A DNA stretch of 64,000 nt, from contig JAQGDQ010000675.1 in assembly GCA_030141605.1 (NCBI GenBank), positions 50,610 through 114,609 on the forward strand. The letters run 5' to 3'. The notes beneath the pieces were generated by a model that was given only the letters and a program-made list of their open reading frames with translations, was not told where the DNA came from and ran no database searches. The first letter of the stretch is position 1; each line of letters starts with the position of its first letter. The position numbers and the translations under genes are program-made. Positions 1-11,350 of this stretch are shown piece after piece. This DNA is from Tubiluchus corallicola. Its lineage: Eukaryota > Animalia > Priapulida.

Positions 1-934
1 TATGAATTCACCAGAGCCAACTTGAAAGACACGCAAAAAATATACAATTTGAGTGCAAAACAACAACTTATTTCAAAAATATGACTTTAAAACAACAAAT
101 TAAGTAAAAGTAGATTTATTAATCTTAATTGCTAAGTAGCATAAAGCTATTTTTACTCTGATTCTTAATTTTAGTTTCCTAAATCAGTGATATCAGTCTT
201 TGTGGTAAATTAGCACTTGACACTTATTTGCAGGCACAGTCTTCATCATCCCAGAACTAAATTAATTTTTTGGCAAGCTAAAGTTTTTATTGCTGATTCG
301 AAATACATTCGGTGCGATTCGAATTAAAAAGGCAAAAATTCGACTCAATTCGATTTCTGGTTGCGTTTGCTCACCCCACAGGCCAACCCTTATTAAAAAT
401 GCACTAGCGGTCAGCGCATGCGTTTGAGTGAACGCCGAGACAGAAAATTCAGCCAGAAAAAGGTTCATTGCCCTTTTGGGGGGTCAAGACCCGCAGTTTG
501 GAAACCACTGATCTAGATACTAAATTTTGGGTCACGCCGAAGTGTTTTAATATATTTTATCATTTATCAGTTTTCTGTAAATTGCAGCTTGAAACTAATG
601 TCAAATAAATTATTACTATTGACGTTGTAAGACCGTAACTGATAGTGGAGCGAACCTACTTGCAATTTTAAAATGAAAAAGCAAGATATGTGAAGAATTC
701 AAGACTGAAGGATATTCACTTTTATGATCACTAGGCCACACGGCAACTTGTGATCAAGACAGATTGTGTACCCTCATCAGACAAATCTTACGTGTCACCT
801 AATCTAACATGATAATCAATTTATTTATTCACTTCATTAATTAACGTTTCTATTTTGATCGTTTTAATAGTTTCACATTTTCTCTTTTACCATTTCTTTA
901 GTTCATTCATATTTTTCCTGTTACCTTCAAGATT

Positions 935-1635
935 AGTCATCGTCATCATACTCATCATGAACATCTTCATCGCCATCGCCATCCACATTACCACCACTGC
1001 TACACTGCTGCTGCGACCACCACCACCGCCACTACCATCAACACCACAAGAACCACCACCACCACCTTCATCATCAATCTTACCACGGCCGTCATCAACA
1101 AAACCACCTTATCATCCACCACCATCACCACCATCACCGCCACTACCATCAACACCACAAGAACCACCACCACCACCTTCATCATCAATCTTACCACGAC
1201 CGTCATCAACACCACCACCTTATCATCCACCACCATCACCACCATCACCGCCACTACCATCAACACCACAAGAACCACCACCACCACCTTCATCATCAAT
1301 CTTACCACGACCGTCATCAACACCACCACCTTATCATCCACCACCATCACTACCATCACCGTCACTACCACCACCACCACCACCACCATCACCACCACCA
1401 CCAACACCACCACCACCACCATCACCACCACCACCAACACCACCACCACCACCACAACCACTACTACTGCCATTGCCATTACCATCAACACCACAAGAAC
1501 CACCACCCCCACCTTCATCATCAATCTTACCACGACCGCCATCAACATCACTGCCTTATCATCCACCATCATCACCATATCGTCTACCACCAGTCCATCA
1601 TCACCAGCTCAATCAGCACCACCACCGCTGCCACT
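935..1635. repeat. (CCA/TCA)-rich tract with a 117-bp higher-order repeat
   Basis: actaccatcaacaccacaagaaccacc recurs at ~1031, 1143 and 1252-1260, with a variant at ~1478. Confidence 0.85.
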
Positions 1636-2053
1636 AAGACTGGGGAGTGTTGTCGGTCTGACTGCGCATGTCTGAAGCCACATTTCGCTGAAGCCAGATC
1701 TCGTCAGGTGCGTGCAGTAACATGACCAGAACCGATGCTTCAATCAATTAATTTATCATGTCTGCATAAGCTTGCCCAAATTGCGGTGTCCATTATAAAC
1801 CATTACCAATTGCACTTTGCTTGTTACAACTGCATCTGTGAGTGACTTGTTTAATCCTCTCTACTCGACATCTGTACATGTCACGCGCCATTCAACTACC
1901 GCACAATCAGTTGTCATTAAACAGAAATGGTCAAATCACAACTTAATTTAGAACAATACAGCGTAGGTCACTGAGATATTAAACGTAAATCAAACACGAG
2001 CTGCACTGTTATTGAATTGAATTGAATTTATAGAAATGATAAAAGCGTATTAA

Positions 2054-2615
2054 AACAAAACTGGACCCAATCTCAAACTGCAGGTCAAAACAATCTACTC
2101 TATAAAATATTGAAAGGAAACATACTGTTCTTTCAAAAATGACTTGCGTGAAAGAATTATTAACATAATGTTCAACAGTAAAAATATTCCATGAGCGTGT
2201 TGCACGTGTTCGCGAAAGCGAAAATTGAAGTACAGTGCTACTGTAAGATATTCAGTGTGTTGTACTAATGTTAGGCTAGTTTTAAGATAAAAATTCAAAT
2301 TTCAAATTTACCGCTGTGCTCACGCATGAGCTGTCGAACGTGTACACTTCGTCACCAACTACCATATCTGAACTGAGAGGTACAGCACCTATTTTTTGTG
2401 CAATACATTTCAGAAATGCAGGCGCTAGTGTCCGTCTAACTGGCGAATGGCAAAATGCAAGTAACAGCGAAGAACTAGTGGCGCGAACGTGAAATTGTGT
2501 TTGTGTGGTTATACTTTTTCACGTAAGTCATTTTTGAAAAAATAGTATGTTTCATTCAATATTTTAAAGAGTGGATTGTTTTGACCAGCAATTTAAGATC
2601 GAGTCCGGTTTTGCT
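2054..2615. mobile_element. TTAA-flanked non-autonomous DNA transposon with long TIRs (Kolobok-like)
   Basis: TTAA on both sides; ~100-bp imperfect TIRs. Related fragments at ~9850-10020, 25720-26230 and 36460-36674. Confidence 0.7.
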
Positions 2616-3710
2616 TTAAAGAAATAAGAAACTGTGTCAGCTGTTCTAACAAACGTTTTCACCTAGTTTGCCAAACATAATGAGACTTGCTGTAAATTTT
2701 AAAAATAATGACATACGAATTTGCCTTGTTAATTTAAAAGTTATGTATCATTGCAAAAATGCAAAAAGATGACCCTAAAGTTTTTTGACATTTATACGTA
2801 ACCGTTTGTGACGTTATAGCGGTAATTTTCAAGGTATTACACAATTTTCTTCTTAGAATATCATGACCAAAATTTTGGCGCTTTGATAATTTTCTACCAC
2901 TCTCTTTTTTCGTCGATTACTCTTTCATTGGTGACTCTTCATTTCCGAGTTTAGATGAATTTAGCGGAAACGTATTTTTATCACTGTGTTTGACCATTGT
3001 GTTTCTGGCTTTTTTATACACACGCGTCAATAAATTTTTCATTATCACTTTACAATCGTTCATGGGTAGCAATTTGATATACATACTTCTTGTAAGAAAA
3101 AGCACATCGTAGCCAAAACTCTTTGTATACGAAATGCAAATGTTTGTTTATAGTTGTTGTGGTAGAAATTTGCTTTTACACAAAAACTCCATCCACACGT
3201 AGAAAATAGACTGTTAATGTGGTTGTAGCGCTTTAAAACTCCTACGGGGCCACACTACTCGAAATAGGTCTTATATAAGACCTATGACTTTTTTGCTGCT
3301 GTATCAGTACAGACATAACTAAATGATTATAAATTAGGTACTGTTCTATTCAGGTGAATCTCCGCTATCCAATCATGTTATTTGTTTAAACATTTATAAG
3401 TGATTTAATTGGATAAAAAAAACACACCCTCTTCAGGCGCCCCAGCTTAGCCTATTGAGTAGCTTAGTCTGGTGTACACTTGCGTGATCGTAGAGACTAT
3501 TTTATTCATCACCTCCTTGCTACAGTGAAAGCTACAGCCAAGTGATTTTCACAAAAACTATCAAATATAATTGTTGCTTAGTGAGAGCAGTTTGTTCATG
3601 AACCCCTGCAAAATGCAGCAAACGCTTATGGTCCCTCTAAAGGAGTTAATATTTCTTGTCTCGTGTAAAATACTAAAAAGACACACAGGCTCCTTTTAAA
3701 ATACCCTTAA

Positions 3711-4260
3711 AGAAAAGGGCAACCCTTCTAGGGGGTTAGGCTTATTTCAATGTTCGTGAAAACACTTAGAAGAATTTAGTAGTTAAACTGCAATAAGCAC
3801 CTCGTGTAAAAGCACTATAAAGTCGCTATCACTTCATACTTGGACGCTCCCATTTTGAATGCCCATTCTTCTTCCAATGACGTCATTCGTCTTGAAGAAA
3901 AGTAGCGCACTGTCAATCTTCATCAAAAGTTTAATAAGTTTTTACATAAAAATAGATATCCACTTTTGTGATATTTTTGCGTGAACATTAGGTAAGCTGC
4001 AGAAATTTGAATTAGTTTAAGCAACGCACGCTCACGAAAGGCCACGATGCGCTTACGAAAAGTCACGAAGTCTCTCAGTTACGTCACAATATTCAAATGA
4101 ATGGCGGCAACCAAAACGCCTGAAAATTTTCATTGAAAGGTAGAATATTTTAAATTTATGCTTTATAAGCGATTCTTTGCAAGTTACTTTATTACATTTT
4201 TCTTATTTTAAGTGTTAATAGTAAAATAAAGCCAACATACTGAATGACTTGTTCTTTCCT
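3711..4260. mobile_element. Second TTAA-flanked (Kolobok-like) MITE
   Basis: ttaa-agaaaagggcaac ... gttctttcct-ttaa; second copy at ~20005-20520. Confidence 0.65.
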
Positions 4261-4653
4261 TTAAGTTATATTTAAACCTTCACCAGACAATGGAACTCGC
4301 AATCATCAATCTCTTATTCAAGATTCACAAAGACGGACAAGAAAGAGACAATGCGCCCAGCGGCGGTGAGATACCGCATTCGGTCAGCGCAGATGGCCAG
4401 CTACTGTGCAATATTGACCAGTGTGACGCAACGTTGACCGTTACTGGCGAACCGTTGATGAAATAAGTAGCTCTAATGAGCGCTTTCGTTGACGGAATAA
4501 GAGGTCAGTGAGGTGCGTATGTTAGACACAATGAGATAAGATCTGTCGAAACTTGAACAACTAGTTTTCTCATTTTAACAATGATATTAAAATTGACAAT
4601 GACGACAATGTTCATGATGCTGACGACGGCGACACTTATTATATGCCTGCATG

Positions 4654-5149
<496 letters not shown>

Positions 5150-5520
5150 CCTGCATGGCATAGGGCCTGATATAGTTTATTTGATACATCACTGATTTAT
5201 ACAATTCGACAAGCTGCTTACTGAAATTAATTACAATATTTAGAAGTATTAGCGACTAGGCCTATATTTATATAATATATTTAAATCATGCATATTTATG
5301 GTATATATGTAATACTAATGAAGTCATATAAATTGAAAAAAAATTATTACTAATAATAAGTTATTTTATTTACACAACATAATTACATATATATGGTACG
5401 CATGTGAAAGGGAAAGGCTATAAGTTTATTATAATTATTACTAGTAATTATTGTATGTACACTAATTATTGAATAGTTGATGTTATCTACGAAGTCACGA
5501 ATATTAGATCTGTAATCATT

Positions 5521-5913
5521 AGGGGTGAACATCGACCGTCGAGTTCGATTCGAACGAGTTTTTTAATTCGAAATTGATTCGAATCTAAAATTATAGTTTC
5601 GAATAATTCAGTACTTGAACCACATACGTTCTTTTGTCATTAAAACGTTTAAACGTCACGCAATTAGCACAATTTAGTAGCGACCTCTGTGCGCAATTTT
5701 TAAACTAATTATCGGTGCTTCTATTGCAGAGCAAAATCGAGTAATATGCACGATCTTCGTAAAACCGCGTTACGCTGAGGGTTCGAAAACTTGTTCGAAA
5801 ATCTTTCAAACTCAATTCGCATTCGAAATGCTGAAATTCGATTTGATTCGAATTCGAAAGTCACTAATTCGGTTTGATTCGAATTCGATTTCTGGTAGAG
5901 AATGCTCACCCCT
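5521..5913. mobile_element. MITE with aggggtgagcat TIRs and TTCGAA-rich subterminal repeats
   Basis: aggggtgaacat ... atgctcacccct; related pieces at 290-378, 24268-24540 and 24774-25463. Confidence 0.75.
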
Positions 5914-6589
5914 TGTAATCACTGACCATATATTTTGTTTTTTTCTAGAAAGACGTCATCTTATGTAGACAATTCAATTTGTTTTAAGTTTATTTATCAG
6001 CTTTGGTATAAAGAAACCGTCTCATGTGCAAAACGGATTATTGTGATTCTGGTAGCGTCTAGCAGTGGATCATGAATACAATATTTGCCACAGTCGTTTC
6101 CGGCTGTTACCGTTGCCGGGTTTAAATCAGAAGAAAACATTCGTCTTGAAATTTTACATTACCTACATGCAATCTTATTGCATACAGAGCTTGTATTAGC
6201 AGTAACACTGTATAAAACTTGCAAATTTAATCTCAAGCGATGACCGTTAGACGCAGCCATTTTAATGGTAGGTCATTTTAAACACGTTTAGATAACATTC
6301 GGTCAAGTTTGAAGAAATAATCAGAGCATTCGTAGCGCACACGTCACTAACAAGTAAAAGTATAAATTACTTTATATTGTCAATAAGATCACTAATGCGT
6401 TTTTTGTGAACCGGTGGTGCACACTGGGATGGCTACGAAGCGAATATTTTAAATTATTATTTTTGATAATTACATAAGTCTCTCGAAAACGCAAGGTAAC
6501 GGAAGTAATATAACTTTGTGTGGGAAATTTTTGTGACATAATTTAAAGTGGCCTTCCCTTCCCTTCCCTCCCTTTTAAAGACTAGAATT

Positions 6590-7120
6590 TTAATGATTAA
6601 ACAGCATGTACTGTAACTTTGCTGTCTCATTTTTCAAGACAGCTATTTGTGCACGTAATTTCAAATTCTCCTGCTCTAAAATAACAGCTCTCATCGCGAT
6701 CTCCTCTTCCTTCTGTCTGCGCATATCACGTGACCTCTTAGCTGCGTCGTTGTTCTTGCGACGTCTCTCCCAATAAGCGGCGTCCTTTTTTTCTTCCGGC
6801 ACCGGTTTTACTTTACGTTGTTCGGAATCGGACGACAGCCGTCGCTTGCGGAACAAGCCGGATATAGTCGCGACGGGTCCAAAAGCAGCCATATTGGATG
6901 CATAACCGGGATATGATGACGTCATTGTTTGATGATAGTGGGGGTAGTGTTGTGAGAGGGGTGCATCGGAGTATTGATAGAGTGAAAACGGAGGATGAAA
7001 TGTAAGTTCTTGAGCTTGAGTAACCACCAAGGGAGCATCTTCTGTTTTCCCAGTTACAACTTTCTGAGGAATCGGCTTCTGAAGCCCTTTTGTTGAACTA
7101 TAAATGATAGATCCCTCCAT
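6590..7120 (-). CDS. ces-2: PAR-family bZIP transcription factor, CES-2-like (176 aa from MEGSIIY...)
   Basis: The C-terminus KKDAAYWERRRKNNDAAKRSRDMRRQKEEEIAMRAVILEQENLKLRAQIAVLKNETAKLQYML is a PAR basic region plus leucine zipper, closely matching CES-2 as I recall it. The ATG at 7120 follows a splice acceptor (tttttacacttag|G ATG). The ORF-track extension to 7267 runs into intron and MITE sequence. Confidence 0.9.
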   Translation of the reverse strand: MEGSIIYSSTKGLQKPIPQKVVTGKTEDAPLVVTQAQELTFHPPFSLYQYSDAPLSQHYPHYHQTMTSSYPGYASNMAAFGPVATISGLFRKRRLSSDSEQRKVKPVPEEKKDAAYWERRRKNNDAAKRSRDMRRQKEEEIAMRAVILEQENLKLRAQIAVLKNETAKLQYMLFNH

Positions 7121-7196
7121 CCTAAGTGTAAAAAATTCACGAGTTAAAAAAGTTAGTACACGATTATATTCAGTGTTATCATAAATACGATTAATG

Positions 7197-7601
7197 AGTC
7201 TTTTCACAGTTTCGTTGTGCGCACGCGCATGTTGCTGTAGATCAAAAGTTAAGTGTATCTGTACCACAGCAACAGGTCTTACTCTTAACTACAACAGTCA
7301 AGAGACGTGTCTAAAGCGCAGCCGTCTGCCGCATCAGTTCAGTAACTTCAGTTGTTTTACGTTGACCTTACGTACTTAATTATGCATTAGGCTATGCGTA
7401 GAGTGATTTACTAACAGGATCTTGCTTGGGAACAAGAAAAAATGAATTAGGCAATGTTCTAGCTAGCTGTTAAAAATTGTTACTATTACAATAGCATGGG
7501 CTGCGAGGCGTTGGTCAAGTGCACATAAATGTGTTGTCTGGTACTCTTAACCTTTGACCTTTTTCACGATCATCATCAATCGCTGCAACTGTTAAAAGCC
7601 T
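7197..7601 (+). mobile_element. ~400-bp MITE family with AGCCTTTTCACAG TIRs and subterminal DR1-like motifs, copy A
   Basis: Inverted termini agtcttttcacagtt/aactgttaaaagcct; homologous to copies at 18408, 20722, 38428, 39519, 53845, 56955 and 59388. Confidence 0.85.
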
Positions 7602-7629
7602 TAATGCGGTAATTAAAGGCACTAATACA

Positions 7630-8700
7630 ACAAAAGAACCAAAGAAAAAATAAGTAGATCTATAGAAATTAAAAAATAAAAATAAATAAGAAAAGAGAAA
7701 ATATTAGCATAAAAAATCAGACAGAATTAAAATGCATACAAAAATACAAAAATAAAAATATAAAAATATGAAAGGAGGAAAAATAAGAAAAGCAATAATG
7801 AGAACAGACAAGGAAAAAACAAAAAGGAAAAGTAGAGAAAAAGATAAAAAGAAAGAACGAAAGAAATAGGCGAAGAAGCAAAGGAAAGAGAAAAAAGTCA
7901 AAAAGTAAAATGAAAAGAATATTTGGAATAGAAGAAGAAGAACAGAATTGGAGCAGAAGGGAAGAGAAGAGAGGTGAACAAAGAACTGGAGGGTTACAAG
8001 AAGGAAAGAGAGAAAAATGAAAGAAAAGAGAAAATAAAAGTAGAAAAGAGACGACGAAAAAATAAAACAGGAGTGAAAAGCAAAGAAGAATATATGGGAG
8101 AAGAAAAGAAGAGGAAAGAAAATATTCAAGAAAAGAAAAGAAGAAGAAAAAAGAGAAGAAAAAGAAAATGAAAAAGGAAAGGAAAATGAAAAGAAAGCAA
8201 AAGGAAAGAAAAGGAAAGGAACAAAAAGGAAAGAAAAAAGAAAAGAGAAAACAAAACAAAACAAAAAAGAGAGGAAAGGGAAAGCAAAAGAACTCAAAGG
8301 AAAAGAAACGAGATAGAAAAAGAAGATAAGAGAAACATAAATACTGAAAAAAGCAAAAATAAGAGAAAAGAACAAGATAAAAATGAATAAAATGAAAAGA
8401 GAATAAAAGGAAAACGGCGAAAAACAAAGAATTGATAAAAAGGTAAAGTAAAGAAAATGAAAAAGTAAATACAGGAAATAAAAGAAAAAAGAAAAACAAA
8501 GAAAGAGAAATTCAAAAGTGCAAAAAATCTGAGGTAAATATCACGATGATGGTCAATTAAGATGCACTTGTAAGCATAATTACCTAACCACTTAATATGT
8601 AAGAAACAAATTAAAAAGATATTACAAAAGAGCAAAAAACAAAAGAAAGGATATGAAGGAAAAAGAAGGGGTAAAATAAAGAAAATCAGAAAAAACATTG
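7630..8700. repeat. ~1-kb A/G-rich low-complexity tract
   Basis: Almost pure purine on the + strand; produces spurious Phe-rich ORFs. Confidence 0.9.
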
Positions 8701-8735
8701 TTTCCCAAAGAAAAAATTAGAACTGATAAACCTAC

Positions 8736-9450
8736 CTCGGCTTCCGGTGAAGCCTTTATGCAAAAAAATTTACAAATTAAGCAATCACAACGTAGCTTGA
8801 TTTAAATGTCGTTTCTAAAATCGAGGTTCATCATGGTTTATTTACTTAAAATGATGAAAATGTTTGCTTGTTCTGTGTAAACGGTTTTCAAAACAATTGC
8901 ACAAATAAAAAGTTTTCAATCCAAAGCTGACCACAGCTGCAGTCGTAATGACTACATGTTAACAGACAAAACTACGAATGACCATATATCACTATGTACT
9001 TATATACGTAGCTCGTTTATTATCATGAAACAATACTTGCGTCATTAGTAGAGGACGGCCTATTTGATCTCGCATCCTGTGTACTGCATCCAACCGCGCT
9101 GTCTATGTTAATGTATACGCAACCTTGGTTTTGGAGTGGCTACTCAGGATTTCTCAGAGCCCGGGGAATCCTAAGTACCGGGTTTGCGTTTACATTATAC
9201 AGTGAATGGAGCGAGAACTGGTTGTCCAGAGTGACGTAAATCCACTGCGGTTAACTTTGCGTAATCCCTTTCTGTATTAATGGTCAGCCTGTTGTGGACA
9301 GCGGTCGAAATCCTGCGCTGGATTGAGCCATATTACGCATCGACTATTAAGAACGAGTTATTGTGTAATTAATTAATTACACTGAAAGCTACAGAACGCG
9401 TAACTCAGGTGTAGGGACCTTATTAATAGAATCCTGTTGCATAAGCTTAG
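8736..9450 (-). promoter_or_regulatory. Putative 5' exon and promoter region of the PAR-bZIP gene
   Basis: Strong donor GAG|GTAGGT at 8736/8735 upstream of the 7121 acceptor. Non-repetitive sequence with clustered TTAC/GTAA half-sites. Confidence 0.4.
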
Positions 9451-10531
9451 ATAAAATAGATATCAAACGCGCAGGCGCGCTTTCCTAAAATTAGGCAAGG
9501 GTTAAATTTTATGAATCGACTACTTCGACTTTCAGAAACCAGAAATTTAATGTGGAACAATTTGCCTGTTTATGTTCGAAACAGAGTTACTAATGGCAGC
9601 TTCAAGAAGATTGCAAATTATTTAGTACACGTACATGAAAGATTTTTTGTGGGTTCCAGATTTGGTCATATGCATTCAAGGCTAAGAAAATGCAATGCAG
9701 TAAATTAAGAAATGATTTTTTAACAATCACGTAGAGAGAAATCGTTTTCGTGTATGTGGTTGACAATTTGAAGATGTTCAACGCTATTTTTAAAATCTCA
9801 TAGATATGATAATATTGGGTATATTAGTTTAAACGATGATTCGCATAATACGCTCTTTTTAAGTATGACAAAAACTCTACATTTTAACACAATGAAAACT
9901 GCAAAAGCGTTTCTGATAATTAAATAATAGATTAAAAACGTAATTAATGGCGGGCAAGCCCAACTATTGACGACATCACAAACTAACATAATTTTCAACA
10001 GCGAAAACATTCCACGAGCAAAAATATACTAATATGCATCAAATTACGTAAAAATGTTGTTGATAAAATAAAAATTGGCCCCAGACAAAGTAAAAAAGAT
10101 CGTTGTTAAAGTGAAACAAGATGTCAAATGGTGTTAAGGTGAAAAATGTGTCAAATGTTCAACATCATTAAATGAAGTGTTGCTGAATGCGGAGTCGTTA
10201 AGTGAGAACTTACCGTGTTTGACATGCATTTACATGCCCAAGGAATCTCTTCCTAGAGCCCTACATATAATGTAAACCTGATGAAACAACAAAAATACCA
10301 AATACAGGCATATAGTATGTTGCATATAAGCGTTTAACAAAAGCAACTGTAGATTTAAGGGATGGTACAGGGGCAAACAGGGGCAAACAGGGGCAAACAG
10401 GAGAGCTTGGTGTCAGCAAGTGGGATGATTTGGAATGTTTAAACCTGTGGATCATAAGAGCCATGGCACAACATATTAAGCTGCACTTACGTATAAACAG
10501 TGGTGGATGTACTGATACACGATACTGGTTG

Positions 10532-10664
10532 CAGGCCCTATTTCAAGGGGGGATACTTCCCCGGGGCCTCACCCTCCAGGGGGCCCTCGCGCCGAGGTAA
10601 CTTTTTTTGCTTTATGCGAACATACTGCCTCCTCTCCCCCTCTCTCTCTCTCTCTCTCTTGCTG

Positions 10665-10697
<33 letters not shown>

Positions 10698-11061
10698 CCC
10701 CCCCTCTCTCTCTGCTCCCTCTCTCTCTCTCTCTTTCCCTCTCTCCCCCTCTCTCCCCCCTCTCTCTCTCTTTCCCTCTCTCTCTCTCCCTCTCCCTCTC
10801 TCTCTCTCTCTTGCCGCACGCGTGCCGTTTGACTGGTGCGGCTCGGTGCCGATGTTCAGCTGTTTTCATTTTCGGAATTTCTAACACCGGCTTGTACGGA
10901 AGTGAGAGTACGGTATTACATATTGCAAAGATGTTGTTTTTCATTTGACTATTTGACAAGTATTAAGAACTGGTCTTGAGACTGCTCTCTTCGCCCCCCC
11001 CCCTGAGGGGGCCTCACACACCCCACTTCCCCGGGCCTCGCTTAGGCTGAAATAGGCCCTG
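10532..11061 (-). mobile_element. hAT-type MITE with internal (CT)n, copy 2
   Basis: Same TIRs and internal sequence in opposite orientation; 8-bp TSD ACTGGTTG. Confidence 0.9.
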
Positions 11062-11350
11062 ACTGGTTGTGTTCAAGCAATTTTATTTCATCAAAATAAC
11101 GTTGTGGAGTACGTTAATGGTGCATCTTCGCGCTGGGATTATTTGTACCAAACTGTATGAGGGAAGACAAGTCATGTTAAATCTCAATCACGAAGATCTA
11201 CCACTACGTACTCAACAGCATTCTATTGTTATTTTAATGAAATCTAATAGTTTGAAAAAAACAACGTCATGCATTAGCACAATGCAAAGGCTATGCTTGA
11301 TTTTAAAGCAACAGGTAAACAAAACGCAAAGCCATATATTTGAACCGTGG

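Noticed and set aside
7121-7267. N-terminal extension of the bZIP ORF
   Set aside because: It starts at a non-ATG codon inside a MITE and crosses a good splice acceptor at 7121.
7704-8698. Phe-rich multi-TM protein ORFs
   Set aside because: Translation of a low-complexity T-rich strand, open in several frames.
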